Assembly (NCBI GenBank): GCA_937879875.1
Contig: CALFMN010000244.1
Span: 46,433-110,432 of the forward strand
Length of the DNA: 64,000 nucleotides
Source of the DNA: an uncultured Chloroflexota bacterium
Lineage (GTDB): Bacteria > Chloroflexota > Dehalococcoidia > CAUJGQ01
Direction of reading: 5' to 3'
Part shown: in pieces, positions 50,974 through 60,905 of the stretch
Numbering within the stretch: position 1 is the first letter of the stretch
How the letters are laid out: the number at the start of each line of letters is the position of its first letter
The notes under the pieces: generated by a model
What the model saw: the letters and a program-made list of their open reading frames with translations, nothing else
Told to the model about the DNA's origin: nothing
Databases searched by the model: none
Position numbers and translations under genes: made by a program

Positions 50974-51864
50974 TCAATGCGGCCGGGCGAAGGCATCGGC
51001 GATGGCGTTCAGCAGCTCGAATTGATGCTGCTGGCTGTCACAGTCGCCCACCGCGGCGACGACAGGCCCGCTGCCCTCGTAGGCGTAGCGCCCGTTCTGC
51101 TGTGACCAGTAGCGCCGCGCGCTGTCCGCGCGATCCGCGGCGGCATATTCGCCGGCGAACACCATGCAGCCGTCGGCCTCAAACGCCCAACCATGGTCGG
51201 CGCCCGGCGGCTTGCGGCTGGCCTCGGCGAGCCCATCGATCGGCGGGAAGCGCTGCGCCAGCACGAACAGCACGTCGTCCGCGTGTGCGACGGGCGAGGC
51301 AGCGACGGGCGACGTCGCCGGCGGCTGGGTCGCTGCCTGAGGCGGCGGCAGTGGCGTCGTCGCCGCAACCACGCGCACTCCGGGTCCGGGCGCGGCGACC
51401 GTCGGCGTGGGATGGGCTCCAGAGGAGCCGAGAATCATGCCCGAGCTGACCAACAAGACCACGATCGCCGCGCTGCCCCCGAGCGCTCCCGCTCCCGCCC
51501 AGGCCGGATGCCGGCGCACGAGCTGGATCGTCCCTGAGGACCAGATCCGTAGACCGCTGATCAGAGTCGAGGGGCGTAGCCGCCTTGCGGCGTGCTCCTG
51601 CGCCAGGCGCGGCGCTGCGTCGGCGGGCAGCTGAACGCCGACAGCATCAAGCTGTTCGGAAAGCGGCGAGAAGACAGGCTGCGCCGCTTTGAACCGCTCC
51701 AGATCGTAGCCGCGGCGGCGGTAGGACACGCTCAGGACAGCGTACGCCTCATTAATGCGCTGCATACGCTCGCCAGCGCCGGAGTCGTGGTTGCGGTCGG
51801 GGTGGTAGCGTCGCGCCAGCGCGGCGTACGCGGCCTTGATCGTCTCCGGCGAGGCGCCGGGCAC
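50974..51864 (-). CDS. DnaJ (J-domain) protein; J domain appears to begin upstream of the first canonical start
   Basis: The J-domain core ...AAYAALARRYHPDRNHD...MQRINEAYAVLS is present. The in-frame upstream sequence encodes LPDYYRELEV with no ATG/GTG/TTG. The remainder is a Pro/Ala-rich linker plus a C-terminal domain. Confidence 0.6.
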   Translation of the reverse strand: MPGASPETIKAAYAALARRYHPDRNHDSGAGERMQRINEAYAVLSVSYRRRGYDLERFKAAQPVFSPLSEQLDAVGVQLPADAAPRLAQEHAARRLRPSTLISGLRIWSSGTIQLVRRHPAWAGAGALGGSAAIVVLLVSSGMILGSSGAHPTPTVAAPGPGVRVVAATTPLPPPQAATQPPATSPVAASPVAHADDVLFVLAQRFPPIDGLAEASRKPPGADHGWAFEADGCMVFAGEYAAADRADSARRYWSQQNGRYAYEGSGPVVAAVGDCDSQQHQFELLNAIADAFARPH

Positions 51865-52007
51865 GACCTCAAGTTCGCGGTAGTAATCCGGCAGCGTCCG
51901 CTCGTCGATCAGGGGGCGACAACCTCGTTCTGCGTCGCTGCGAGTATCGGCAGACGCGGCCGCCTGCTGAAGCCGGTGCGCTGCGCCGACTATTGCAGTG
52001 TGCTATC

Positions 52008-53324
52008 ATGTCAAGTGAATACACGGATAGACCCGTGCAGGAGGTCCAGATTATTACCACCGACACCAGACCCGTGCGGCGCCGCCGACGGCCAACCGCC
52101 ACGGTGCAGATAGAAGCAGCTATCCCAGCAGCAGCCCCGGCTCGACAACCTGCCCCGATCCCGCGCCGGCGCGTCCTCGGCAGAACCTCCGGCTTCCGCA
52201 AGCTCGGCCTCGGCAAAGAATCCCTCGCCGCGATCGCCGCAATGGACTTCAAAGAGCCGACACCGATCCAGGCCGAGGCCATCCCCCCAATGCTTGAGGG
52301 CCGCGACCTCGTCGGCAAGGCGCAAACCGGCACCGGCAAAACCCTCGCCTTCGCGCTCCCGATCGCCGAGCGGATCGACCCCGCCTCGCTCGCCACACAG
52401 GCCATCGTCCTCGTTCCCACCCGCGAACTGGCCTCCCAGGTCGCCGATGAGACCGTCCGCGCCTGCGCCGGACGCGATCTGCGCATCGTGCCGATCGTGG
52501 GCGGGCGGCGGATCAAGGACGATCTGACGCGGCTCGCCGCCGGCGCACAGATCGTCGTCGGCACGCCTGGCCGGGTGATCGACCACCTGCGCCGCGGCAC
52601 GCTCAGGCTCGAAGGCGTGAAGATCGTCGTGTTGGACGAGGCCGACGAGATGCTCGACATCGGCTTCGCGGATGCGATCGAGACGATCCTGCGCCGCACG
52701 CCGCGCACGCGGCAGACAACGCTCTTCTCCGCGACGATGCCGCCCTTCATCCGCAAGATGGTGCAGCGCTATCTGATCAACCCGGTGCGTGTAACCATCG
52801 ACCCGGAAGAGGTGACGGTCGCCACGATCGATCAGGTTTACTACGAAGTTTCCGAGCGCGACAAGCTGCCCGGCCTGCTGGAACTGCTCGACGGGCCGCA
52901 GATGCAGCGCGTGCTCTGCTTCCGCCGCACGCAGATCGGCGTGGACCGCCTGGCATCCGATCTGCACCGCCGCGGCGTCGCCGCCTGCGGCATCCACGGG
53001 GGCATGACCCAGTCCGAGCGCGACCGCGTGATGCGGGCCTTCAGAGCGGGCGAGATCCGCGTGCTGATCGCGACGAACGTGGCGGCGCGCGGCCTTGACA
53101 TCCAGGACGTGACGCACGTCGTCAACTACGACCTGCCGCAGACCACCGAAGAGTACGTGCATCGCATCGGCCGCACCGCCCGCGCTGGCAACGCCGGCAC
53201 CGCCGTGACGTTCATCGCCGAGTGGGACTTCGAAGGGCTCGACGTGCTCAAGCGCTACCTCAACGGCGACCTGCGTCGCGGCCTGTTGCGCCTCTACGGC
53301 GGCCCTGGCCGCGCCAGCGCGTAG
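52008..53324 (+). CDS. DEAD-box ATP-dependent RNA helicase
   Basis: The Q motif FKEPTPIQ, motif I AQTGTGKT, motif II DEAD (LDEADEM), SAT, and HRIGRTAR are all present. A basic N-terminal extension precedes the core. Confidence 0.9.
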   Translation: MSSEYTDRPVQEVQIITTDTRPVRRRRRPTATVQIEAAIPAAAPARQPAPIPRRRVLGRTSGFRKLGLGKESLAAIAAMDFKEPTPIQAEAIPPMLEGRDLVGKAQTGTGKTLAFALPIAERIDPASLATQAIVLVPTRELASQVADETVRACAGRDLRIVPIVGGRRIKDDLTRLAAGAQIVVGTPGRVIDHLRRGTLRLEGVKIVVLDEADEMLDIGFADAIETILRRTPRTRQTTLFSATMPPFIRKMVQRYLINPVRVTIDPEEVTVATIDQVYYEVSERDKLPGLLELLDGPQMQRVLCFRRTQIGVDRLASDLHRRGVAACGIHGGMTQSERDRVMRAFRAGEIRVLIATNVAARGLDIQDVTHVVNYDLPQTTEEYVHRIGRTARAGNAGTAVTFIAEWDFEGLDVLKRYLNGDLRRGLLRLYGGPGRASA

Positions 53325-53479
53325 TTCAGCGGACGCCGCTCGCCCCGCGCACAGAAAAAGCCCCCTCTGCTCGTCAGCGAGCGTCTGAGGGGGCTTCGGC
53401 GTTGCTGCCGCTGTATGCCCGTTTGGGTTAGCGCAGGGAGGCAGCGCTGGTCGTGAGGTACACGGCGCGCCACTGCCCA

Positions 53480-53707
53480 CGCGGGCACCTAACCCTGACC
53501 TCGCAGGCGAGGTCTGTCCCTTCCCGAAACTGGAAGGGACTTCTGGAGCGTTCCCGGCGCCGTGCGACGGCGGCGGGGCTGCGGTGTCCCTGCGAGACAC
53601 GCGGATGGATTGCCTTCCACCCAGCCGATTGTCCTCGAACCAAACCCTTCCTGTGTCGGGAAGGGACAGCTTTGCCGCCAGGCAAAGCAGGGTTAGGTGC
53701 CCTGCGC
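53480..53707. repeat. Family-A MITE-like repeat, long copy
   Basis: The termini GCGGGCACCTAACCCTGA ... CAGGGTTAGGTGCCCTGCG are present. The internal blocks match those of the other long copies. Confidence 0.7.
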
Positions 53708-53755
53708 GGCCGGTGCCCTCCGCACAGCCTATGGAAGTCGCGGTCGAGTCCGCCT

Positions 53756-54559
53756 CTAATACACCGTCGCGCGGTCGCCGACGGCGGTGGCGAGGCCGGT
53801 CTCGTCGCGCAGCTCGCGCAGTTGTTGCTGCGCCGCGCGCACGAGGCAGTTCGCATCGGACGTCAGCGTGACCATCTGGAAGCCCATCTTCAGCCACTTC
53901 GCGCTGAAGGCCACGCCGCCGGTGTGAATGCCAGCCGCCACGTTATGTCGCCGGCACGCCTCCAGGATCTTGCCCACTGTCGCCTGGTGCGTCGGGTCTT
54001 CGTTGTCCATGCGCGGCGGCATGCCCAGCGCGTAGCTCAGGTCCGATGGACCGATGTAGATGCCGTCCACGCCTTGCACGCTCAGGATCTCGTCCAGGTT
54101 GGCAATGCCGTCGGCCGTCTCGATCATCAGGATGCAAGCGATGTGCTGGTGCGCGGCGTCCTGATAGCCGGAGCCGCCGTAGATCGCGGCGCGAATCGGG
54201 CCGGAGCTGCGGAAGCCGCGCGGCGGATAGCGGCAGGCGCCGACGGCGCGCTCCGCCTCCTCCCGGTTGTTGACCAGCGGCACGACCACGCCGTAGGCGC
54301 CGGCGTCCAGCACCTTCATGATCGTCGCCGGATCGTTCCAGGGCACGCGCACGAACGGCGTGACTTCGGTCGTGCTGATCGCTTGCAGCATATGCACCGC
54401 GTCGCCGTAGTCGATCAGGCCGTGCTGCATGTCGATCGTCAGCCAGTCAAAGCCCTGATGCGACATCAGTTCGGCGGTAAACGTATTCGGCAGCGAGAGC
54501 CAGGCACCGACCGTGGGCTTGCCCTCGCGCCAGGCCCGCAACACCGCGTTCTCACGCAC
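53756..54559 (-). CDS. HpcH/HpaI-family aldolase
   Basis: WLSLPNTFTAELMSHQGFDWLTIDMQHG...RVPWNDPATIMKVLDAGAYGVVVP is typical of 2,4-dihydroxyhept-2-enedioate aldolase-like enzymes. Confidence 0.85.
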   Translation of the reverse strand: MRENAVLRAWREGKPTVGAWLSLPNTFTAELMSHQGFDWLTIDMQHGLIDYGDAVHMLQAISTTEVTPFVRVPWNDPATIMKVLDAGAYGVVVPLVNNREEAERAVGACRYPPRGFRSSGPIRAAIYGGSGYQDAAHQHIACILMIETADGIANLDEILSVQGVDGIYIGPSDLSYALGMPPRMDNEDPTHQATVGKILEACRRHNVAAGIHTGGVAFSAKWLKMGFQMVTLTSDANCLVRAAQQQLRELRDETGLATAVGDRATVY

Positions 54560-54775
54560 GGGTTGTCATCCCTTCTGCCGGCCAGAACGCGGCCGGCTCC
54601 GCAGATACGGCAACGCTTCAGCCCGCATTCTGGCCGCGGCGCCGCGCACGGTCAAACCGGGCCAATTTCGCTGTGTGACCGTACCATTCCGTCCCTATGC
54701 GACGGGCAGCGAAAGCGGCTACCATGTTTGTTGCAAGCAAACGCAGTCGCGAATGACTGAAGGACGGGAGACGCC

Positions 54776-56041
54776 ATGCTCGATCAGAAAACCAGCAGCA
54801 AAGACACCGATTCGGTCGGTGGCTGGCAGGCGGCATCGATTCTCGACTTCATCACCGACGCGGCGCGGTCGATCGGCGTCGGCACGACGACGGACGCAGG
54901 CTGGGCGCCGCCGCCGCAGGCGGGCACCGTGCCGGTGATGATGACCGGCGGCATTCCCGACCCAGCCAGCCTGCCGAAACAAGAACTGCTCGACGCGCTG
55001 GCGAAGGTGTTGGACGACGTGCCGGCCGAAGCGCTGCGCTACGGCGGCACGCAGGGCTTCGAAGTGCTGCGTGAGGCGCTGGCGGAGCGCTCGGCCGCAC
55101 TCGATCGCGTGGAGCAAGGGCCGGAGAACTTTGTCCTCACCAATGGCAGCGCCGGCGGCATCGACCTGATCTGCTCGGCCTTCATCAATCCCGGCGATCT
55201 CGTGTTGACCGAGTCGCCGACGTTTTCCGGTACGCTGCGCACCTTCCGCGGCCACCAGGCGCGGCTGATCTCCGTGCCGATGGACAACGCCGGCATGGAT
55301 ACCGATGCGCTGGCCGAGACGCTTGAGCGCCAGCAACGCGCCGGCGAGCCCGTCAAGGCGATCTACACGATCCCCGACTTCCACAACCCGATGGGCGTCT
55401 ACATGACGCTCGCCCGCCGGCGCCGGCTGGTCGAGCTGGCGAATCAGTACCGCGTGATCGTGATCGAAGACGACGCCTACGCGGACCTCGGCTTCGACGC
55501 CGAGCCGATCCCCAGTGTCTACAGCGTGGCCGGCGGGCAGGGCGTGCTGCGCGCCTGCACCTTCAGCAAGACCGTGGCCACCGGGCTGCGCGTCGGCTGG
55601 GTGCAGGGTCGTGGCGATTTCGTCGACGCCTGCGTGCGCATGCGCTTCGATATGGGCGCCAGCCCGCTGCTGCACCGTGCCCTGGCCGAGTTCGTCGTCT
55701 CCGGCGGCTGGGAGCGGCACATTCAGAAGCTGCACCGCATCTATTCGGAGAAGTGCGACGCGCTTTCCACCACGCTGCTGGAAGAGTGCGAGCCCTACGC
55801 GCGCTTCGTGCGGCCGGACGGCGGCTTCTTCGTCTGGCTCGAATGCCGCGACGGCCTCGACTCGGCCAGAGTCGCGCAGCTCGCGCCGGAAGAGGGCGTG
55901 CTCGTCGTTCCTGGCCGCAACTTCTTCCTCGAACAGAACGACAGTACGCACCTTCGCCTCGCCTTCAGCACCGAGACGCCGGACGACCTGCGCGAAGGCG
56001 CCCGCCGCCTGGCCCGCGCCTTCGCCCGCGCCGCCGGGTAG
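54776..56041 (+). CDS. PLP-dependent aminotransferase (class I/II fold, LysN/AadAT-like)
   Basis: The PLP-lysine motif TFSKTVATGLRVGW is present. About 420 aa. Confidence 0.8.
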   Translation: MLDQKTSSKDTDSVGGWQAASILDFITDAARSIGVGTTTDAGWAPPPQAGTVPVMMTGGIPDPASLPKQELLDALAKVLDDVPAEALRYGGTQGFEVLREALAERSAALDRVEQGPENFVLTNGSAGGIDLICSAFINPGDLVLTESPTFSGTLRTFRGHQARLISVPMDNAGMDTDALAETLERQQRAGEPVKAIYTIPDFHNPMGVYMTLARRRRLVELANQYRVIVIEDDAYADLGFDAEPIPSVYSVAGGQGVLRACTFSKTVATGLRVGWVQGRGDFVDACVRMRFDMGASPLLHRALAEFVVSGGWERHIQKLHRIYSEKCDALSTTLLEECEPYARFVRPDGGFFVWLECRDGLDSARVAQLAPEEGVLVVPGRNFFLEQNDSTHLRLAFSTETPDDLREGARRLARAFARAAG

Positions 56042-56193
56042 CGACGCCACGCGAACCCGCGGTCAGACGCTGTGACAGGGGCGCACGATCGTGCGCCCCT
56101 GTTCCGTGGCCGTCCCGGGGCCGGCCGTACAACTCTCCGCCGCCGCCGTGCATCGATCGGTTGATCGGACAGCCAACCCCGCGGGAGCACCGC

Positions 56194-56754
56194 ATGAGGC
56201 GAACATTCCTGCTGGCGACCGCGCTGGCGCTGCTCACAGTGGCATGCAGCTCAGGCAACAACAAGAAGAGCGCCGCCACCGCGACGCCAGGCCGCACATC
56301 CACGCCGGCGGCAACGGCGACACCGCTCATCGCCACGCCGGTTCGCGGCCCTGCGCCGGCCATTACTGCCATGCCGTCGCCCTCGATCGCGCCTGGAGCG
56401 GCGACGGCGCCCACGTCGAGCAACAGCACGCCGGCGCGCGGCCCGGCCACGGCTGTTCCTCCCGGCTCAGCAACTCCCGCCGCCGTCACGGGAACGCCGA
56501 GCGCGGCCAGCCCGCCATCTGGGCCGCCGCCGCCGCCGCCGATTCCCACCGGCACAGCGCGCGGCGGCCGCGACAGCAACGGCGCCACGCTGCCCGTGGG
56601 TGAACTCTGCCCGCTCGGCTTCCCGATCAAGGGGGCGGACGATCAGAAGGTATACAAGCCCTCAGACCCGGAGTACGCAACGATCCGGCCGGTCGCCTGC
56701 TTCCAGACAACCGACGACGCGATCACCGCGGGCTACACCGTCGCCCATCCCTGA
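56194..56754 (+). CDS. Secreted lipoprotein with Pro/Thr/Ala-rich linker and small Cys-containing C-terminal domain
   Basis: The lipobox MRRTFLLATALALLTVAC is present. The C-terminus reads LPVGELCPLGFPIKGADDQKVYKPSDPEYATIRPVACFQTTDDAITAGYTVAHP. Confidence 0.65.
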   Translation: MRRTFLLATALALLTVACSSGNNKKSAATATPGRTSTPAATATPLIATPVRGPAPAITAMPSPSIAPGAATAPTSSNSTPARGPATAVPPGSATPAAVTGTPSAASPPSGPPPPPPIPTGTARGGRDSNGATLPVGELCPLGFPIKGADDQKVYKPSDPEYATIRPVACFQTTDDAITAGYTVAHP

Positions 56755-56862
56755 GCGCGCGGGCTACTTCTTCGCGCGGTGGTTGCTTTGACACGCGATC
56801 GGGCCGCGCTTACCATCGAAGCACTCTGACGGGCTCGCGATAGCGATGATGGAGGCGACGCG

Positions 56863-57798
56863 GTGACGATCGAGACGAAGCCCAGCGTATCCTTGCAGGC
56901 ACGGGCGCTTGTGCAGCGCCCGCGACTGGAACAGATGGGCCTGGACACCGGCAAGTTCGTGCGGCTGAAGCGAATCTACGGCCGCGGCAAGGGCAACGGC
57001 ACGCTGCTGTTCCTGCCGATCGACCAGGGGCTTGAGCACGGCCCGCGTGACTTTTTCCCCAATCCAGCCAGCCTCGACCCGGATTACGAGTGGCGCCTGG
57101 CGGTGGAGGGCAACTACTCGGGCATCGCCATGCAGTACGGCCTGGCGGCCAAGTACATCCGCGACCACGCCGGCCAGGTGCCCGTGGTGCTGAAGCTCAA
57201 CGGCAAAACCGACATTCCGCCGGACAAAGCGCCGCTCTCACCCCTGCACACCACGGTCGAAGAGGCGGTGCGGCTCGGCGCCGACGCGGTCGGTTACACG
57301 CTCTACGTGGGCTCGACGCTGCAGGCAGAAGACTTCAGGCAGTTCGGCGAAGTGCGGCGCGAGTGCGAGCGCTACGGCATGCCGGTGATCGTCTGGTCGT
57401 ACCCGCGCGGCGAGGCGATGGACGCGAAGGGTGGCAGAGAGAGTCCGTACGCCGTGGAGTACGCCGCGCGCGTAGCCTGCGAACTGGGCGCGGACATCGT
57501 GAAGGTGAACATGCCAACCGATCCCGGCGAGAAGGCGCAGGCCAGCCCGAAGCCGTACAGCGGCATGTCCTACGACATGGTCGAAGGCTTCGAGCGCGTG
57601 GTGCGCGCGGCGGGCCGCACGCCGGTGCTGCTCTCCGGCGGCGAAAAGGTCTCGGACGAGGAGTTGTTCAGCAAGGCCGAGTCGGCGCTGCAGGCCGGTG
57701 CCACTGGCTTCATCTTCGGCCGCAACGTCTGGCAGCGGCCCCACGCCGAGGCCAACCAGGTGATCAAGCACCTCTGGGAGCTGCTCGGCAAGTACTGA
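56863..57798 (+). CDS. Class I fructose-bisphosphate aldolase (archaeal type, DhnA/FbaB family)
   Basis: LFLPIDQGLEHGP...VVLKLNGKT...DIVKVNMP carries the Schiff-base lysine context. GTG start follows a GGAGG Shine-Dalgarno. Confidence 0.85.
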   Translation: MTIETKPSVSLQARALVQRPRLEQMGLDTGKFVRLKRIYGRGKGNGTLLFLPIDQGLEHGPRDFFPNPASLDPDYEWRLAVEGNYSGIAMQYGLAAKYIRDHAGQVPVVLKLNGKTDIPPDKAPLSPLHTTVEEAVRLGADAVGYTLYVGSTLQAEDFRQFGEVRRECERYGMPVIVWSYPRGEAMDAKGGRESPYAVEYAARVACELGADIVKVNMPTDPGEKAQASPKPYSGMSYDMVEGFERVVRAAGRTPVLLSGGEKVSDEELFSKAESALQAGATGFIFGRNVWQRPHAEANQVIKHLWELLGKY

Positions 57799-57883
57799 CG
57801 ATGAGGGCGTAGGGCAGAGGGCGGAGGGATAGTTCAGCAGCAAGGCGGCCCGCCTCGTGCATGATACGCGGCCGCATCGGCGT

Positions 57884-58113
57884 GGCGGGGCACCTAACCC
57901 TGACCTCGCAGGCGAGGTCTGTCCCTTCCCGAGGCGGGAAAGGGACTTCCAGAGCGTTCCCGGCGGCGCCGGACGGCGGCGGGGCTGGGGTGTCCTTGCG
58001 GGTCGTGCGGAGGGAACGGTTCCTGCCTTTCCGGTGATCCTCGAACCTTACCCTTCCAGTTTCGGGAAGGGACAGACTTCGCTTCAGCGAAGTCAGGGTT
58101 AGGTGCCCCGCGC
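57884..58113. repeat. Family-A MITE-like repeat, long copy
   Basis: The termini GGCGGGGCACCTAACCCTGA ... TCAGGGTTAGGTGCCCCGCGCGG are present. The internal blocks are the same as in the copies at 49273 and 53480. Confidence 0.7.
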
Positions 58114-58138
58114 GGCCGCCTCAGCCGCGAACCCCGCC

Positions 58139-59152
58139 TCACAGCTCGCCGGGCTGGAAGATACCGCTGCCTTCGCCGACTTTGCGCATTTGCTCGAAGT
58201 CGTGTCGCGCCGTTACCCAGCGCACCGTGCCGGAATGGGACCGCATCACGATCGAGTTCGTCGTCGCGCCGCCGCCGAAGTAGCGCACGCCCTTCAGCAT
58301 CTCGCCGTCGGTTACGCCCGTCGCCGCGAAGAAGACGTCGCCGGTCCCGACCAGATCCTCGGTCGTGTAGACCTTGGCGATATCGTAGCCCGCCGCTTCC
58401 GCCGTTTTTCGTTCGTCATCGTTGCGCGGCCAGAGCTGGCATTGGATCTCGCCCTTCAGGCAGCGCAGCGCCGCCGCCGTCAGCACGGCCTCCGTGGCGC
58501 CGCCAACGCCCATCAGCACGTCCACACCTGTTTCGCCGACGGCCGGCGAGATGCCGCCGGAGACGTCGCCGTCCGGGATCAGCTTGATGCGCGCCCCGGC
58601 GCGGCGGCATTCGGCGATCAGGTCCTGGTGACGGTCGCGGTCGAGGATACACACGGTCAGGTCCGACACCGAGCAGCGCTTCGCCTTGGCAATCCAGCGC
58701 AGGTTCTGGCTGGGCGAGGCGAGGATGTCGATCGAACCCGCCGCCTCAGGTCCGACGGCGATCTTGTTCATGTAGACGATCTCGCGGATGCCGAACATCG
58801 CGCCACGCTCGGCCAGCGCCAGCACGGAGAGCGCGTTGGGCAGGCCGAGCGAGGTGAGGCGGGTGCCCTCCAGCGGATCGACGGCGATATCGACGGCCGG
58901 CTGGCTGCCGTTGCCCACCTTCTCGCCGAAGTAGAGCATCGGCGCCTCGTCTTTTTCGCCCTCGCCGATCACGACAACGCCGTCCATGTCCACCGATTGC
59001 ACCGCCGCGCGCATGCCGCGTACGGCCGCGTCGTCCGCCGCGTTCTTGTCGCCGCGGCCCATCCAGCGCGCCGCGTTCATCGCGGCGATCTCCGTCACCC
59101 GCACCAGCTCCATCGCCAGGTTTCGCTCGATCGGCGCCTTGACCGTGGTCAT
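58139..59152 (-). CDS. glpX: Fructose-1,6-bisphosphatase class II
   Basis: Matches the canonical GlpX sequence (MELVRVTEIAAMNAARWMGRGDKNAADDAAV...DPLEGT...). Confidence 0.9.
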   Translation of the reverse strand: MTTVKAPIERNLAMELVRVTEIAAMNAARWMGRGDKNAADDAAVRGMRAAVQSVDMDGVVVIGEGEKDEAPMLYFGEKVGNGSQPAVDIAVDPLEGTRLTSLGLPNALSVLALAERGAMFGIREIVYMNKIAVGPEAAGSIDILASPSQNLRWIAKAKRCSVSDLTVCILDRDRHQDLIAECRRAGARIKLIPDGDVSGGISPAVGETGVDVLMGVGGATEAVLTAAALRCLKGEIQCQLWPRNDDERKTAEAAGYDIAKVYTTEDLVGTGDVFFAATGVTDGEMLKGVRYFGGGATTNSIVMRSHSGTVRWVTARHDFEQMRKVGEGSGIFQPGEL

Positions 59153-60348
59153 GCCTCTCCCTCCGTCGTGATCGCCGAAAGCTGCCGCCGAGCGCCGCCG
59201 GCGCGCAGCGCCGGCAAGCGCCGCGCCGCCTCGGCCAGCGTCTCTTCGCCCTTGCTGAAGGTAAAGCGGATAGTGGTGCGGCCCAGTTCCTCGTCCCGGC
59301 AGAAGCTGCTGCCCGGCACCGGCGCCACGCCGACCTCGCGGATCAGATAGCGCGTGAACTCGACGTCATCGAGGTCGGTGACCGGCCGGATGTCGGCCAT
59401 GATGTAATACGCGCCCTCCGGCGCCGTGCAGGCGAAGCCCGCGGCCTGCAACGCTGCGAGCAGCATGCCGCGGCGGCGTGTGTAGCCGGCGCGCAGCTCG
59501 TCGTAGAAGCTGGGCGGAAAGCCGAGCGCGACGGCGCCCGCCTCTTGCAGCGGCGCCGGGGCGCCGACGGTGAGGAAGTCGTGGCACTTGCGGATCGCGT
59601 CGCTCCAGGGCGGCCGCGCGATTACGTAGCCCAGCCGCCAGCCCGTGACGCTGAACGTCTTCGAGAAGCCGCTGATCGTGATCGTGCGCTCGGCCATGTC
59701 GGGCAGCGTCGCCAGGCTGATGTGCTGCCGGCCGTCGTAGATAATGTGCTCGTAAATCTCGTCGGTGATGGCGAGCACGTTGAACTCCCGGCAAAGCGCG
59801 GCGATCGTCTCCAGCTCGTCCTGCGTGAGCACGCGGCCGGTCGGGTTGTGCGGTGTGTTGACGACGATCGCCTTCGTGCGCGGGCCGAAGGCCGCGCGCA
59901 GCTCCGCCGGATCGAAGCGGTACTCGGGCGCTCGCAGCGGCACAAACACCAGTGTTGCGCCGGCCAAGGCCGCGTCCGGGTTGTAGTTTTCGTAGAACGG
60001 TTCGAAGACGATCACCTCGTCACCGGGCTCGATCAGCGCCAGCATCGTCGCCATCATCGCTTCCGTGGCGCCGCAGGTGACGGTGATGTCGCGCTCCGGT
60101 TCGGCCAGGATGCCGTTGAACGCGAGCGCTTTCCGCGCGATCGCGTCGCGCAGCGGCTTCGCGCCCCAGGTGATGGCGTACTGATTGAAGTCGGCCTCGA
60201 TCGCGGCGATCGCGGCATCTTTGATCGCGCGTGGAGCGGGAAAGTCAGGATAGCCCTGCGCCAGATTGACCGCGCCGTGCTCCGCGGCAAGGCGCGACAT
60301 CTCCCGGATCACCGACTCAGTGAAGACGCTGGTGCGCGCCGCGACCAT
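59149..60348 (-). CDS. PLP-dependent aminotransferase class I/II (MalY/kynurenine-type)
   Basis: LAQGYPDFPAP...TISGFSKTFSVTGWRLGY is present. Start was set at MVAARTSVFTE. The glpX start overlaps its stop. Confidence 0.85.
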   Translation of the reverse strand: MVAARTSVFTESVIREMSRLAAEHGAVNLAQGYPDFPAPRAIKDAAIAAIEADFNQYAITWGAKPLRDAIARKALAFNGILAEPERDITVTCGATEAMMATMLALIEPGDEVIVFEPFYENYNPDAALAGATLVFVPLRAPEYRFDPAELRAAFGPRTKAIVVNTPHNPTGRVLTQDELETIAALCREFNVLAITDEIYEHIIYDGRQHISLATLPDMAERTITISGFSKTFSVTGWRLGYVIARPPWSDAIRKCHDFLTVGAPAPLQEAGAVALGFPPSFYDELRAGYTRRRGMLLAALQAAGFACTAPEGAYYIMADIRPVTDLDDVEFTRYLIREVGVAPVPGSSFCRDEELGRTTIRFTFSKGEETLAEAARRLPALRAGGARRQLSAITTEGEA

Positions 60349-60522
60349 GGACGCTCCTTCTCGCCGGGCGGGCCGCGAAGCCGTGCCGGAGGGAAGCCCG
60401 CCGCCTCGGCTCGCCAATCGGGATCTGTCCGCACGGATCATATAGCGGCTGCCCGGCTCGGAAGGCCGATCCGGGCAGCCGCTATCATACAGGATCGTCG
60501 CAGGGCCCGATCGCCGGCCGAA

Positions 60523-60768
60523 TTACTCGGCCGGCGCGGTGAGCGTGTCAAACTCCAGGAAGGCACGGCCGCCGCAGCGCTTGCACCGCAGGCTGCGGCC
60601 CGGCTGCCGCTCGACGGCGATTTCTTCGCCGGCGCGCGCGGGGCGAATGGTGATCTTGCCGTCCGCCAACCGGCGGCTCGCGCGGCCCAGAGTACGACCG
60701 CAGTTCAGGCACTGCACCTCGCCGCGCACCACGTCTTCGCCCGCTTTGGTCCCAATCATCGTTGTCAT
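60523..60768 (-). CDS. Small zinc-ribbon protein
   Basis: CLNCG...CKRCG forms two CxxC pairs. 81 aa. Confidence 0.5.
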   Translation of the reverse strand: MTTMIGTKAGEDVVRGEVQCLNCGRTLGRASRRLADGKITIRPARAGEEIAVERQPGRSLRCKRCGGRAFLEFDTLTAPAE

Positions 60769-60905
60769 GGCGTCTCCTCCCCTCGCGCCCTGTGGCGGCG
60801 CTTGCTTGTTGAGGGGAGTCTATGGCCCGGATGCGCGATGCGAGCATGAGCGCGAGCACGCCGGATTCGTGAAGCTGGCAACACCAAATCGCGCCCCGGC
60901 GACGC

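Noticed and set aside
57857-58142. Short ORFs on both strands across family-A repeat copies (similar ORFs occur at 49248..49661 and 53428..53856)
   Set aside because: The similar peptides (e.g. RGAPNPDF...KSVPSR...PAAVRRRRERS) arise from nucleotide conservation of the repeat. Frames are broken in the variable centre and lack consistent starts, so they are not coding.
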